Origin: a virus
Length of the DNA: 64,000 nt
Virus record (IMG/VR): IMGVR_UViG_3300025617_000006
Reading direction: 5' to 3' (one strand)
Shown: positions 1-10,021 of the stretch, piece after piece
Layout: the number at the start of each line of letters is the position of its first letter
Numbering within the stretch: the stretch's first letter is position 1
The notes under the pieces: generated by a model
What the model was told of the DNA's origin: nothing
Database searches by the model: none
The model's input: only the letters and a program-made list of their open reading frames with translations
Position numbers and translations under genes: made by a program

Positions 1-1
1 G

Positions 2-1375
2 TGCTTTACTATTAACTTCCATCATATCAGTTTCAACCATACTTTTTAGTTTTGCACATGCACTAATTTTAGTACCGTGTGTAGTATTAAATCCTTTGCG
101 GAACTTGCGTACATGTCCTTTGCGCATCGGTTCACTTACAAACAAACCTGGAATGTTTTCTTCACCGATGTCTTGAATCACAATAAGAGCGGCTTCACCG
201 ATTGAGTTATTCTCTACACTCCAGTAGATGTTGCTTGCTGTTCTATTCTTTGTTTGATCTTGAATGTAATCGCATATTTCTTTGAGTATTCTAATTTGTC
301 CGCTAATTGGAGTTGTATTATGTCTCCATTCTCCTGCTTGCTTATAACTCGGTACTTCAAAAATTTCAATTGCGGCATAGTCTCCGCCTGTTCCCATTGC
401 AGGATCTAAACAAATAGTGTATGTCATTGTAGGATCAAGTTTTTTATACCAGCGCACTTGACCCATATTTTCAATTGGATTTTTACCTTCTAATGAAGAT
501 AGTTTTAAACTGTTAATCAGTGTCTCGTCAAATACTAAGAATTCACATCCGTACTCTCGTCGAAACCTTTCTTCACCAATTCGACCTAATTCTGCTTTTT
601 TCCATTCTTCATCTCTATCAGGATGTTCGTCCCAAGCGGCTGTAAACCCGTGGAAGCCGTTAATACCTTCGGCTGTTTCGTTACCATGTTCGTCAAACTT
701 ATTTTGACTTTCTTTCCAAATAAGAGCAAATGTGTCTTCGTCTGAGTTAGGTGTACTTGTAATAATAGCACGACCACCTGTTGCTAGTGTAGGTGATATC
801 GAAGTCCAAAAGTCAGTAGCAATGTTAGGTTGCACAAATGCAAACTCGTCACAGTATAGTAGCGAGATACTCATACCACGTCCTGTGTTGCCTGTTGTAG
901 TCTGTGCTACAATACGTGATCCGTTTTCAAATTCCATTGATCCTTTATTATAGTTTGTTACGCCTGCTCTGATATGATCCGGACACAACTCATATCCGTA
1001 CCTAATACGTTGCATAATTTCTTGGGCACCAGTATACTTGTGTGCCGCAATAAGAATAGTTTGATCTGAATGAAACATTGCATACCATAATAAATATCCA
1101 GCGGCAGTAGTAGTTTTTCCACTTTGCCGAGGAAGCATGTTTACATTAAATCGAAAATCATGATAACTTGATAACAGATTAACTTGATAATCAAACGGTT
1201 CAAACAGCACTTTGCCTTTTACTGGATGTTGAATAAAGAAAAAGTTACGGGCAAAATACAAGTAACCATCAGTGGGGTCCATGCATTTTGATAATTCTTC
1301 AATATGAACTTGAGAAAACTTTTCTTTTTGGTGAGCCTTTTTAGTTAAGACTCCATCTAAACTCTTGTTTGCCAT
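2..1375 (-). CDS. gp17: Terminase large subunit (T4 gp17-like), 3' end beyond window start
   Basis: Translated by hand from ATG at 1375: MANKSLDGVLTKKAHQKEKF...EPFDYQ...LPRQSGKTT (Walker A)...GRGMSISLLYCDEFAFV (Walker B)...IITSTPN, then nuclease-domain motifs (CLDPAMGTGGDY). Absent from the ORF track because no stop lies in the window. Confidence 0.95.
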   Translation of the reverse strand, partial: MANKSLDGVLTKKAHQKEKFSQVHIEELSKCMDPTDGYLYFARNFFFIQHPVKGKVLFEPFDYQVNLLSSYHDFRFNVNMLPRQSGKTTTAAGYLLWYAMFHSDQTILIAAHKYTGAQEIMQRIRYGYELCPDHIRAGVTNYNKGSMEFENGSRIVAQTTTGNTGRGMSISLLYCDEFAFVQPNIATDFWTSISPTLATGGRAIITSTPNSDEDTFALIWKESQNKFDEHGNETAEGINGFHGFTAAWDEHPDRDEEWKKAELGRIGEERFRREYGCEFLVFDETLINSLKLSSLEGKNPIENMGQVRWYKKLDPTMTYTICLDPAMGTGGDYAAIEIFEVPSYKQAGEWRHNTTPISGQIRILKEICDYIQDQTKNRTASNIYWSVENNSIGEAALIVIQDIGEENIPGLFVSEPMRKGHVRKFRKGFNTTHGTKISACAKLKSMVETDMMEVNSKA

Positions 1376-1380
1376 ACTAG

Positions 1381-1388
1381 TATTTACT
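1381..1388 (-). promoter_or_regulatory. T4-type late promoter-like motif (AGTAAATA) 5 nt before the terminase ATG
   Basis: TAAATA at 1386-1381 followed by CTAGT-ATG; same core recurs before most minus-strand genes. Confidence 0.65.
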
Positions 1389-1389
1389 C

Positions 1390-1416
1390 AAAAAAATAGC
1401 ACCCGAAGGTGCTATT
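1390..1416 (-). terminator. Rho-independent terminator with UUCG tetraloop
   Basis: AATAGCACC-TTCG-GGTGCTATT followed by a T run, just after the 277-aa ORF. Confidence 0.85.
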
Positions 1417-1439
1417 GAGTTAGTGTGTTGCAATAATTA

Positions 1440-2273
1440 TTAACTACAGCCGCAACTGCCGCATGCCATTAATTTTGTTTTACCAGGCTTGCCGCATTGT
1501 GGACATTCTTCGCCTTCATCATCTTCATCATGATCATGGCCGTCACCTTCGCCCATGTGTGCTTCTAGTTGGGCTCTTAATTCGTTACGGATTTCATCTT
1601 CTAATGCCATTGGATTGTCGCCGCCGTTTGTCGGAGCATATGATCTTTTCTGACCTTGCTCGCTACCGCCTGACAAATCTTTAGTCATGTAATGCTGATC
1701 TTGATATTTTTCGTCTGGTTCGTTTTCATAACCTTCAAAAGCAACATCAGGATAAAATTCTTCAAGTTCTTTTTTAAGTGTCTCAGCATCTTCTGGAGAC
1801 ATTTTGCTTGCCATTTTTTCATATTCGCCTTGAATATTTTCATCGGCAAAGTCGTGCTTATCAAAAAAGTATTCACGTGCTTGGTCTAAACTTAAACCAG
1901 CCCCTTCACTTGCTTCAATATCTTCTGCACATCCTGAATTGCCTAAATGATCTTTACCGCAAATCTTACATGGTTCTCCTTGTATGCCCGGCTTTAATTG
2001 ATCTCTATCTTTTGGACCGTCTACAATGTCTCTCAACTTAGCCATGTCATCGCCCATGTCTGGTGGACCCATAACAGGCATTGGTGCAATTGGTTTGCTA
2101 ATGGCTTTTGGCATACTATCAATAGTATCAGAACCTTTTTCACCTTTAAGTGCATTCATTAATTTAATAACATCTTCTGCGTTGTCGCCACTCATGTTAA
2201 TTGATGCAGATGCCGCTTCAATCAATGCTTCGTCGTATGCTTGTATCTTTTTGTAAATGTCATTTAGTTTCAT
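1440..2273 (-). CDS. Acidic hypothetical protein with Cys/His clusters (possible internal head protein)
   Basis: 277 aa; CKICGKDH, HDHDEDDE and C-terminal CPQCG...CGSCGCS; phage-like codon use. Confidence 0.6.
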   Translation of the reverse strand: MKLNDIYKKIQAYDEALIEAASASINMSGDNAEDVIKLMNALKGEKGSDTIDSMPKAISKPIAPMPVMGPPDMGDDMAKLRDIVDGPKDRDQLKPGIQGEPCKICGKDHLGNSGCAEDIEASEGAGLSLDQAREYFFDKHDFADENIQGEYEKMASKMSPEDAETLKKELEEFYPDVAFEGYENEPDEKYQDQHYMTKDLSGGSEQGQKRSYAPTNGGDNPMALEDEIRNELRAQLEAHMGEGDGHDHDEDDEGEECPQCGKPGKTKLMACGSCGCS

Positions 2274-2275
2274 AA

Positions 2276-2845
2276 TTAACTCCCAATTGGACTTTTAGCA
2301 TTTTCGCCTTGAGTCATTGTCTCCTGTGGTTGATCTGTTTGAATAGATTTAGCAGTACTAGCAGGATCTGCTGTACTTTCTTTTCTTGCTTTTTCTAATT
2401 CTTTAAGTAAATCCATAACATGCGAATCACCAACTTTGTCTTGTGCAGATTCGCCACCCATATCTTCTTTTGTTAGTTTGATATCGTATGGTCCCTCATC
2501 AATTTCTTGATATACTTCTTGTGGAGCATTCATATTACGTACCATAATATGCGACTGAGACCTTCCAATGTTATAACCTAAGTATTCCTGAAGCGCCTCT
2601 GCATGTGTAGGATATGTAATAGTTGCTTCGTAATACGTTACTTCTTCGTTTTGTAACTGTGGGAAATCTAGTGGGCGTTCTTGGATTGGAGTTTTCTTGC
2701 CTGGAGTAATGTTAGTTACACCAAACTTTTTAAGTGCAGTTTCTAATGCATCTGCAATTCCATCGTTATCGCCTGCAACACCAATTTTAAAATCGTATGT
2801 TTTATTGTTGTACGCTTCTGTTAAATATTCGTTATATTTTTTCAT
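2276..2845 (-). CDS. Hypothetical phage protein
   Basis: 189-aa ORF tightly packed in the late operon, preceded by a TAAATA motif. Confidence 0.6.
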   Translation of the reverse strand: MKKYNEYLTEAYNNKTYDFKIGVAGDNDGIADALETALKKFGVTNITPGKKTPIQERPLDFPQLQNEEVTYYEATITYPTHAEALQEYLGYNIGRSQSHIMVRNMNAPQEVYQEIDEGPYDIKLTKEDMGGESAQDKVGDSHVMDLLKELEKARKESTADPASTAKSIQTDQPQETMTQGENAKSPIGS

Positions 2846-2869
2846 ATTAATCTCAATCCTACTACACAG

Positions 2870-3370
2870 TTATTTATCCATGTTTTTAAGTTTTTCTAAT
2901 AAACTATTACGGTCTGCAACAACATAGCCCTCTCCGGAAACCATATCATCGCCGTCTATTCCGCCTTCTTTATCCATTTTTTCTTTCTTAAGTTGTAGTT
3001 CTACCATCTTAAGTTTTTTATCTAATTTAGCAACCTTAGCATCTAAACTAGTCTTTAGCATTCCGCCTGCAACTTCAAAAACTCTACCACTATAACGTGC
3101 TTCAACATTCATGCCTAAATCCATTAAGTCTTCGTATGCATTCATAGCCTTATCTGCTACTTCATTAAGTTCTTTATCAGCCATTTCACCAAGCCCTTTA
3201 ACGGCTGGCAATGCACTAGCAATCTTGTCCATTTCGGCAATACTGCGAGCAGTTTCTTGTTGCTCTACTACGGCAGTTTGTTTGGCTTCCTTGTTTGCTT
3301 TTGCTTTTTCTTCTTGGACTATTTCTTTTGAATCAGGTAAGTCGAGAAGTTCTTCTAGTTTTTTAGTCAT
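2870..3370 (-). CDS. gp16: Probable terminase small subunit (gp16-like)
   Basis: 166 aa, helical; central RVFEVAGGMLKT plus coiled coil resembles the gp16 R(A/V)(Y/F)EV motif; close to gp17. Confidence 0.55.
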   Translation of the reverse strand: MTKKLEELLDLPDSKEIVQEEKAKANKEAKQTAVVEQQETARSIAEMDKIASALPAVKGLGEMADKELNEVADKAMNAYEDLMDLGMNVEARYSGRVFEVAGGMLKTSLDAKVAKLDKKLKMVELQLKKEKMDKEGGIDGDDMVSGEGYVVADRNSLLEKLKNMDK

Positions 3371-3402
3371 AACTACAATCCATTATATGCTACTATTATT
3401 TA

Positions 3403-3840
3403 TCATTTTCGGCCACCCTGATGGAACATATCCTTTTCAGTAATAACTCTAAAGTATAACCCTTTGTCCTTGCACCATGCTCTAGCGGCTTCCCACTTAG
3501 CCATGTTTAATACAACTTGTGCTTGTTTATACTTATTACGTCCGGCACTTTCTAATGTAGTTTGATTGTCTGGTTTTACCTCAATAACTTCTGCACGTTG
3601 CGTACCTTTTTTATCAGAATATGCAATAAAAAAGTCCGGAACATATACTGTTTGCTTTCCAGTAAGAGGATTAAGGTATGGAATCTTAATTGATTCACTA
3701 GCCCATTTTGCTACGTTTGGGTTTTCGTCACAGAACTTCATAAAAGCAAATTCCCAACTGCTTCGATATAAAGGAGTTTTTCGTCCTATGTATTTTTCTG
3801 GAAATTTAAGATTGTAACGCCCTTGTGCAAACTTGGACAT
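3403..3840 (-). CDS. gp4: Head completion nuclease (gp4, TnsA-like PD-(D/E)xK fold)
   Basis: PEKYIG...YRSSWE...FCD.NPNV..WASE.I.IPY...YVPDF...EVKP...KWEAA motifs. Confidence 0.9.
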   Translation of the reverse strand: MSKFAQGRYNLKFPEKYIGRKTPLYRSSWEFAFMKFCDENPNVAKWASESIKIPYLNPLTGKQTVYVPDFFIAYSDKKGTQRAEVIEVKPDNQTTLESAGRNKYKQAQVVLNMAKWEAARAWCKDKGLYFRVITEKDMFHQGGRK

Positions 3841-3841
3841 T

Positions 3842-4210
3842 CTAAACCTCTATGTTTCTTGCTTCAACCCGTTGACTTGTGTTGTCAACTTTAAAACCCA
3901 GTGTAGAAATCTTTTCTCTATTATAGTTTAATACTTCAGTAACTACATTACTTAATTGCACTTCGTCAGTTTTTTTAAGAGTATCAAGTAATTCGAATAC
4001 TTTAATATTATCAAGTTTTGCTTGCTGAAGTAACACTGTGCCCACAGCAATTGCACCTGTTTTACTAAATCCTCGTGCTTGGAAAAAACCAATTACAGCA
4101 TCAACATCATTACTTGGAAAACTTATAAATTTAGTAAAGTATTTGTCGTAAAATTGCTTTGTGCCTGTTGCACTATCTGTAGTTTGTGTGTCTGGTAGAT
4201 TACTTGCCAT
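3842..4210 (-). CDS. Hypothetical phage protein
   Basis: 122-aa ORF, translationally coupled to neighbours. Confidence 0.6.
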   Translation of the reverse strand: MASNLPDTQTTDSATGTKQFYDKYFTKFISFPSNDVDAVIGFFQARGFSKTGAIAVGTVLLQQAKLDNIKVFELLDTLKKTDEVQLSNVVTEVLNYNREKISTLGFKVDNTSQRVEARNIEV

Positions 4211-5571
4211 TATGCTTTGCCTTTAACTATGTTTGATAAATTATTTAGTGTTGCAGTTCGTTGTGCTGATTTAAATGAACTACTTGCTGTATTCCACGCC
4301 GAATTAATCGAGTTAACATCTGGTAAACCGCCGCCCGCTAAATGTGATTTTTTAAATGTAGTCGACTTTGCTAAGTCGTCAAGTGCATCAGGATTTGCTT
4401 CTAGTTTTGCTCTAGCATCTGCAACACTTGATCCTTGTAGACTTCCTGCAATAGATGCTACTGCACTTACACCAGCAACAGTATTAACAATGCTACTTAG
4501 GCCGCCGCTTCCTCCTGATTTAGGAAATAGACTGTTTGCTACGCCGCCAACTGATGCTCCGCTGATGTCTCCTAGCGCACCTTTAAGAATTCCAAATCCC
4601 TCTTGGCGCAATCCTGCACTCGATAACGACTTTGCATTTTTAGCAATATTGCCTGCTTTTAATACTGTACCTAATAACGATGCTGGTGACTTAAATGCGT
4701 CACCTGAGGTAATATCACCAAATACATCGGCTGTTCCTGAGGCTACACCTCCAACACCAAATAGGCTCGAAGTGCCACCGCCGCCTAATGTTAATGGGCT
4801 CGGTGTTTGATCATAATGTTCTGTAGCAAATCCTTTTGGAGCACTTCCTTTTGTAACTTGTCCTCTTGAATACCAAACTGTTTCAAACTCAACACTCATA
4901 CTACTTTGTACAGGATCTCCTGCTGATTGCTGATCCATTGTATCATGTTGCCAACTTTGAATAAGGGGGTTAACAAGTGTAAATGCAGTATAACGTTTTC
5001 TTGACATTTGATATAAAATAATACTAGTAAAGAATGGTGCATAACTATCGTTGTCGAATCCGTATCTAAATTGATTTGCAGTTTCATTACCATAAATGTT
5101 TGCTCTGTTATACGCCGCCGAGGTCTGTTCTGGAGATCCTGCCTGGTCAACTGCTGTATAATTTCCGTCTTTATAATAATATCTATAATATGCTTCCCAT
5201 AGTGCAGTAGTTACACCATAGTTGTCATCATGAAATACAATATTGCTTGGACTATAATCAATACGCTTTTGTATAACACGCTTTCGATTATAAGCATGTT
5301 TAGTTTCTGTACTAATATCAAACTTGGGCAAGTCAACACTCTTAACCAACATGTTAATTGTATTACCATGCTTCTGTGTTAGTTGTGGAATAATTGCCGC
5401 CGCATCTGGATTGATGTTAAATGCTACGTGATATAAAAACTTTTGTTTTGGAGCAAACTTAAAGTTGTCGTCAACATATAGTCTTGCGCCGTGTGCAAAG
5501 TCGCCAAGGTTACCTTTAGGGTTTAATGCGCCACTTGCTAAATTACCGAGAAATTTGGATATGTCTGCCAT
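4210..5571 (-). CDS. Tail tube-fold protein (gp54/gp19-like tube initiator) with Gly/Ser-rich C-terminal extension
   Basis: VKSVDLPKFDISTET...YNRKR...DYSP..IVFHDDN and LVNPLIQSWQHDTMD tube-fold motifs; adjacent to gp19. Confidence 0.65.
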   Translation of the reverse strand: MADISKFLGNLASGALNPKGNLGDFAHGARLYVDDNFKFAPKQKFLYHVAFNINPDAAAIIPQLTQKHGNTINMLVKSVDLPKFDISTETKHAYNRKRVIQKRIDYSPSNIVFHDDNYGVTTALWEAYYRYYYKDGNYTAVDQAGSPEQTSAAYNRANIYGNETANQFRYGFDNDSYAPFFTSIILYQMSRKRYTAFTLVNPLIQSWQHDTMDQQSAGDPVQSSMSVEFETVWYSRGQVTKGSAPKGFATEHYDQTPSPLTLGGGGTSSLFGVGGVASGTADVFGDITSGDAFKSPASLLGTVLKAGNIAKNAKSLSSAGLRQEGFGILKGALGDISGASVGGVANSLFPKSGGSGGLSSIVNTVAGVSAVASIAGSLQGSSVADARAKLEANPDALDDLAKSTTFKKSHLAGGGLPDVNSINSAWNTASSSFKSAQRTATLNNLSNIVKGKA

Positions 5572-5608
5572 ACTAATATTTATCTAAACTATAAAGTACG
5601 CAGATAAT

Positions 5609-5635
5609 AAAAAAGGCGACTAAAAGCCGCCTTTT
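5609..5635 (-). terminator. Rho-independent terminator after tail tube gene
   Basis: GGCGGC-TTTTA-GTCGCC followed by TTTTTT. Confidence 0.75.
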
Positions 5636-5656
5636 CTACTTTAATATAAAATTTTA

Positions 5657-6286
5657 TTAACTTGCGCCACCGCCGGTAACTAAAGTATTTACAGTTCTGC
5701 CTATGGCAGTACCAATACCAGTACCTTGTGGTGATTGAATTGCGTTGTCGTATCTAATTGATAATGCAATAGTTACAGGATCATTAGTTGCATATGCTAA
5801 TGAGTTGTAGTTTGCACTCTCAAGATAACAACCATACAATTCAAAAGTCTCTAGCACACCTGCTGTGTTTGCTCCGTTACCACCGTCTAAAATTTCAATA
5901 CGTGTAACAAATTTATAGTCTGCGCCCGATGCCGCACTTGACTGCTCGAAGAAGTCAAACTGTTTCTGTAACTGTTCGCCAACAAGTTTTTGTACATTGT
6001 TGGATACATCTTCACGTAAGTTAAGTGTAATCGGTTCCCATGTATGTTTACCTGCCAAGTATACTCTTGAGTTGTAAACATCTAGTGTAATTTGTTCGAA
6101 TGAAACGTTAGGTCTAGTAACGTCAACTACCTGCTTGGTTAATTCAGTAGTTGGTGTTGAGACTCCAAAGTTCTCTAGCGATACCCTAAAGCGGTATTGC
6201 AGTTTCGGCATTAACAAACCTTGTGCGGACGAACTTGCGTTACTATCCAAAGGCACTGTTAATCTTGAGAGTGATGAAATTGCCAT
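5657..6286 (-). CDS. gp19: Tail tube protein (gp19-like)
   Basis: PKLQYRFRV...RPNVSFE...YLAGKHTWEPITL...FELYGCY...LAY...IRYDNA; directly downstream of the sheath gene. Confidence 0.85.
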   Translation of the reverse strand: MAISSLSRLTVPLDSNASSSAQGLLMPKLQYRFRVSLENFGVSTPTTELTKQVVDVTRPNVSFEQITLDVYNSRVYLAGKHTWEPITLNLREDVSNNVQKLVGEQLQKQFDFFEQSSAASGADYKFVTRIEILDGGNGANTAGVLETFELYGCYLESANYNSLAYATNDPVTIALSIRYDNAIQSPQGTGIGTAIGRTVNTLVTGGGAS

Positions 6287-6316
6287 TATTTGCTCCTATT
6301 AATATTATTTATCATA

Positions 6317-9300
6317 TTATAGTCCCGCTATTTCCCCAGTATTCTTAAGTCTCAGCGGAATGTAAATAAATTCTACTGCTTTTACTGGTTCAATCGCTAC
6401 GTCTACATATAACTCGTTACGATCAATTCTATTTGGTGTGTTGTTTGATTCATCACACACAACTAAGAAGTCGTACAAGGCTCTTTGTCCTACAAGTTCT
6501 AGCATTAAACTATCTACTTGTTGCTTAATCTCGTCCCTTGTGATTTTATCATTTGGTTCAAAGATGTATGGTTTAGCAAGTTTGTTCAATTGTGAACGTA
6601 AGTAAATTACTAGTCTTGCAACGTTAATTCTATCTAAAGAACTAGCGTTTCTTGCTCGTGTCTTTTGTCCAAAGTTAACAAGTCCAGCACCAGTTAAGAA
6701 TGTAATCGGATTAACTGCACTACTGTATAATGTATCTCTTTGTCCTTCATTAAGAGCAACTGTCTTAAATTCGCCTTCAGCATCAATGTAACCTGCGCTA
6801 GATGCGTTAGTAATACCACCGCGTCTTGTGCCTGCTGGAGCAAACCATGGATAAGAAACGTTATCGCTAAGTGCAATAGTTCTTAAGATACCATGCGATG
6901 CTGGAACAACTACGTTATTACCTGCATTGTCGCTTGTAAACAAACTTGGGTAAAAAATACCTAAGTATTCATCTCTTGACACAAGTCCGTCATCGTTATC
7001 TTCTACTGCTCCTGCAACGTTAGTTGCCCAGTTGTTAAGTGTTGTACCATCGCTTTTTAGTCTCATTGGTGTGTCACCTACAACAAATGCTGTTAAGCCT
7101 CTATCATAGTTAAGTGAAACCATTTCGCCAATTAGTTCTGGATAACCTGGTGTTGCCATTAAGTTAAAGATTCTTGATTCATTATCTCTAATGTCATCAT
7201 TTGAGTTAAGCATTGCTTGGAATGCTTGTACAATAACTTTACGCTGTGCTTTACGTCCAAACGAGCCTGCGCCGTCTGCTTGGTTAGCACTTTCAGTAAC
7301 CCATCTGTGTGGATAGTAAGCATCCATCGACTCGTCACCGTTTCTAATGTTGTCTTCTGCTGTGTCAATTGCATTGCGCACAAACTTCTTAACATTAAAG
7401 CCAGAACGTCTTAAGTTCCATAACAACATACCTTTTGGATATAGTGCTGGATCTGGAGCATCTGGATCTAAGTAATCACTTGCTAACAAGTCAATAATGT
7501 CACCTGCTTCGTCACTGTTCGCGCCTGCTGTATTATAACGTGCATCTGCAAATAGTACACCGTTGTCAGTTGATTGATCTGAACTATCACGTAATACCCA
7601 CTTCTTAGTTGAGAAGTTATATTGGTAAATTAGTGGATAGTTTTCTAAATCTGCTGTGCTTACCCAAAGGTCACCTTCAACTAAGTCAGAACCATCTGAC
7701 TGTTTAGTTGGTTCAGTTGCTGAAACAATTGGACCTTCTGGACTTGTGTTAGCATAATCAATCGATCCTGACTGATAATTTTGATAACCAACCCAGTCAC
7801 TTCCGTTGTGGATTAGCATATCAACTTCGTCTACAATCGAGTTATACCAAAGTTGACCATCAGTTGCTAATGCACTCGGTGCATCTTCGCTTGCAGTGTA
7901 CGCTAGTACTCTCCAGTTTGATGCCATGTACTGTTCTGGATTTGTGTCGCCGTCAGTGCCTGGTACAAAGTAAAGGTTTGCAGTACCTGAAGTTGCACTT
8001 ACATATGGTGCATAGCCCATTAAGTTTAATACACCGTCTGTGTCAACAAGTCTAATTTCGCCACCTAGTGTATGCTCAATAACAACTCTGTTTTGCGCAT
8101 CTACTGAAGCAGTAACGTTAGTTAATCCTGCACTGTTAATTGCACCTGCAATAGTATCAGCATCATCTGTACTACCTGCTGTAGTAACTGAAACTGGTAC
8201 TGCTGATGTAAGATCTGCATCATTAATTAATGATTCCTGTACAGTAAATGTATATGTGCTTGCCGCAATTGATGTAATAATGCTAGAAGTAACTTTAGTC
8301 GATCCTGCTACAGCACGTTTGAAGATTTTAAAATCAAACTCTGCATCAGCACCTTCGGTTACATTTGATTGTGCGTAATATGTATCAACTGGAAGGTTCT
8401 TGCCGCCGCCTGTTGAATCTAATGCTTCTAGTGCATCAGCATTTGTAGCATAAACTGGTACATCTTTTTTCTCAAACAAGCCAGTTGTTTCGTTGAATGT
8501 TTTAACATTTAATTTAGCACCTAAGTTAGCATCAGTAGTCTTGAACCAAATTGATCCACTTGGACGAGATGCTGTATCAGTTGCTTTAAACTCTGGTACT
8601 GATGTGTGCTTGCTAATTTGTAATGCTGGTGCTTGAAAAGTTCCTGCTGTTAATCCTACATCATCGATGTTAGTGTTAGGATCAGCAATAACTACTGCAA
8701 CACCTGTTGAATAAATTTCTAATTTGCTGTTAACTGCTTTAGCAGTAACGCCAGCACTTTGAAGTGTAGCATCACCATTGATGTCAGCAACTAAGTCTGT
8801 AAGTGTGCCTGCACCTGTAACAGTTGTACCATTAATTGTAAAGTCGCCTGTTAGTGTTGGTTCACTTACTGTACCAGTAACTGTTGGCCAACTCTTAGCC
8901 CAGTCACTTGATCCAATTTTAACCCATGCACCGTCTGCATTTTTATAGTACGCTTTGTTAATTGTAGTAGTAGCAACAATAGCATAGTCGCCTACTTGAC
9001 CAACTGATGTTTTTGGAATGCCTGTGTTTACTTCGCCAACTAGTTTTGTTTTGTCAGTAATTACTGTAGGTACTTTGTTTGTAAATGTTTGGCCGCCTGT
9101 TGATGTTACAGGATTGCCGTTCCATTCAAAAATACCAAACTTAGATACTTGTGTGTCAAACCACTGCGTTCCATCTTCTGGATCAGCCGCTGGTGCTGTT
9201 GCACTTGCTTGTAGTTCGCCTAAGTCAATGTCTGCTCTCACAGCCCATGCTCTATTGGAAACACCTAAATATGAATACGCCGCTTGTAATCCGTATTCGT

Positions 9301-9571
9301 TAAGTTCTCCGCCGTTAATTGGATTGTTATTATTATCTGTGTAAAATAACGGATCGCCAAAAGTTTCTGATAAATCTCTTTGCGATGTTAACAAGAAAGG
9401 CACACCCGCATTTGCTTTGGTTGTTCCTCTCGCTGTCCCTGTGCCACTTGCATTGGCTTTATCCTGTGCAGTAGCAACGAAAATCATTGGTGTAGTACCT
9501 GGTTCAGCAGGCGTATAAAAACTTTCGTCGATAACGCTGACCGATACTCCGGGTGATACTAAGTTTGCCAT
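6317..9571 (-). CDS. gp18: Contractile tail sheath protein (gp18-like), enlarged (1084 aa)
   Basis: N-terminal LVSPGVSVSVIDES; C-terminal PWFAPAGTRRG, LDRINVARL, FEPND, VVCDESNNTP, IEPVKAVEFIYI. Confidence 0.95.
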   Translation of the reverse strand: MANLVSPGVSVSVIDESFYTPAEPGTTPMIFVATAQDKANASGTGTARGTTKANAGVPFLLTSQRDLSETFGDPLFYTDNNNNPINGGELNEYGLQAAYSYLGVSNRAWAVRADIDLGELQASATAPAADPEDGTQWFDTQVSKFGIFEWNGNPVTSTGGQTFTNKVPTVITDKTKLVGEVNTGIPKTSVGQVGDYAIVATTTINKAYYKNADGAWVKIGSSDWAKSWPTVTGTVSEPTLTGDFTINGTTVTGAGTLTDLVADINGDATLQSAGVTAKAVNSKLEIYSTGVAVVIADPNTNIDDVGLTAGTFQAPALQISKHTSVPEFKATDTASRPSGSIWFKTTDANLGAKLNVKTFNETTGLFEKKDVPVYATNADALEALDSTGGGKNLPVDTYYAQSNVTEGADAEFDFKIFKRAVAGSTKVTSSIITSIAASTYTFTVQESLINDADLTSAVPVSVTTAGSTDDADTIAGAINSAGLTNVTASVDAQNRVVIEHTLGGEIRLVDTDGVLNLMGYAPYVSATSGTANLYFVPGTDGDTNPEQYMASNWRVLAYTASEDAPSALATDGQLWYNSIVDEVDMLIHNGSDWVGYQNYQSGSIDYANTSPEGPIVSATEPTKQSDGSDLVEGDLWVSTADLENYPLIYQYNFSTKKWVLRDSSDQSTDNGVLFADARYNTAGANSDEAGDIIDLLASDYLDPDAPDPALYPKGMLLWNLRRSGFNVKKFVRNAIDTAEDNIRNGDESMDAYYPHRWVTESANQADGAGSFGRKAQRKVIVQAFQAMLNSNDDIRDNESRIFNLMATPGYPELIGEMVSLNYDRGLTAFVVGDTPMRLKSDGTTLNNWATNVAGAVEDNDDGLVSRDEYLGIFYPSLFTSDNAGNNVVVPASHGILRTIALSDNVSYPWFAPAGTRRGGITNASSAGYIDAEGEFKTVALNEGQRDTLYSSAVNPITFLTGAGLVNFGQKTRARNASSLDRINVARLVIYLRSQLNKLAKPYIFEPNDKITRDEIKQQVDSLMLELVGQRALYDFLVVCDESNNTPNRIDRNELYVDVAIEPVKAVEFIYIPLRLKNTGEIAGL

Positions 9572-9613
9572 CTTTTGTTCTCCTGTTAAACTTATAACTA
9601 GTTTTGTTATTAG

Positions 9614-9621
9614 TATTTATA
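9614..9621 (-). promoter_or_regulatory. Canonical T4 late promoter TATAAATA upstream of gp18
   Basis: Exact match to the gp55 late promoter consensus, about 43 nt before the start codon. Confidence 0.8.
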
Positions 9622-9688
9622 TGTTTGATTAAAAAAGGCTATTAAACTATTAGGTAAAAAGGGCAGAAAAAGGTATGCTAAATACGTT

Positions 9689-10021
9689 ATGAGACCTTTA
9701 TGCGGATGTAACAAGCGACCTGTTGCCGTTAACTATAAAAAGAACGGCAAAACGTTCTATAGGTCAAAATGCGATCAATGCCTTCGCAAAGGAACTCCTG
9801 CTAAACCTCGCTGGTATCAATCCGGATACAGACAAAAGTCTACTTGTGAAAAATGCGGATTTAAGGCAACATATATTACTCAGATGAGAGTATATCATAT
9901 AGACGGTGATTTAGAAAACTGCCGTCCTAATAATTTAAAAACTATTTGTGCTAATTGTCAGATTGCTATACAGCGTGTAGGAGCGAAGTGGAAGCAAGGC
10001 GACCTTTCACCTGACTTTTAA
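9689..10021 (+). CDS. Small zinc-finger/HNH-like protein
   Basis: CEKCG...VYHIDGD..N....NL..ICANCQ resembles an HNH motif with the last His replaced by Gln; further N-terminal Cys pairs. Confidence 0.7.
   Translation: MRPLCGCNKRPVAVNYKKNGKTFYRSKCDQCLRKGTPAKPRWYQSGYRQKSTCEKCGFKATYITQMRVYHIDGDLENCRPNNLKTICANCQIAIQRVGAKWKQGDLSPDF

Noticed and set aside
586-953. Short ORFs 586..777 (-) and 732..953 (+)
   Set aside because: Both lie inside the terminase large subunit frame (2..1375), which has clear motifs
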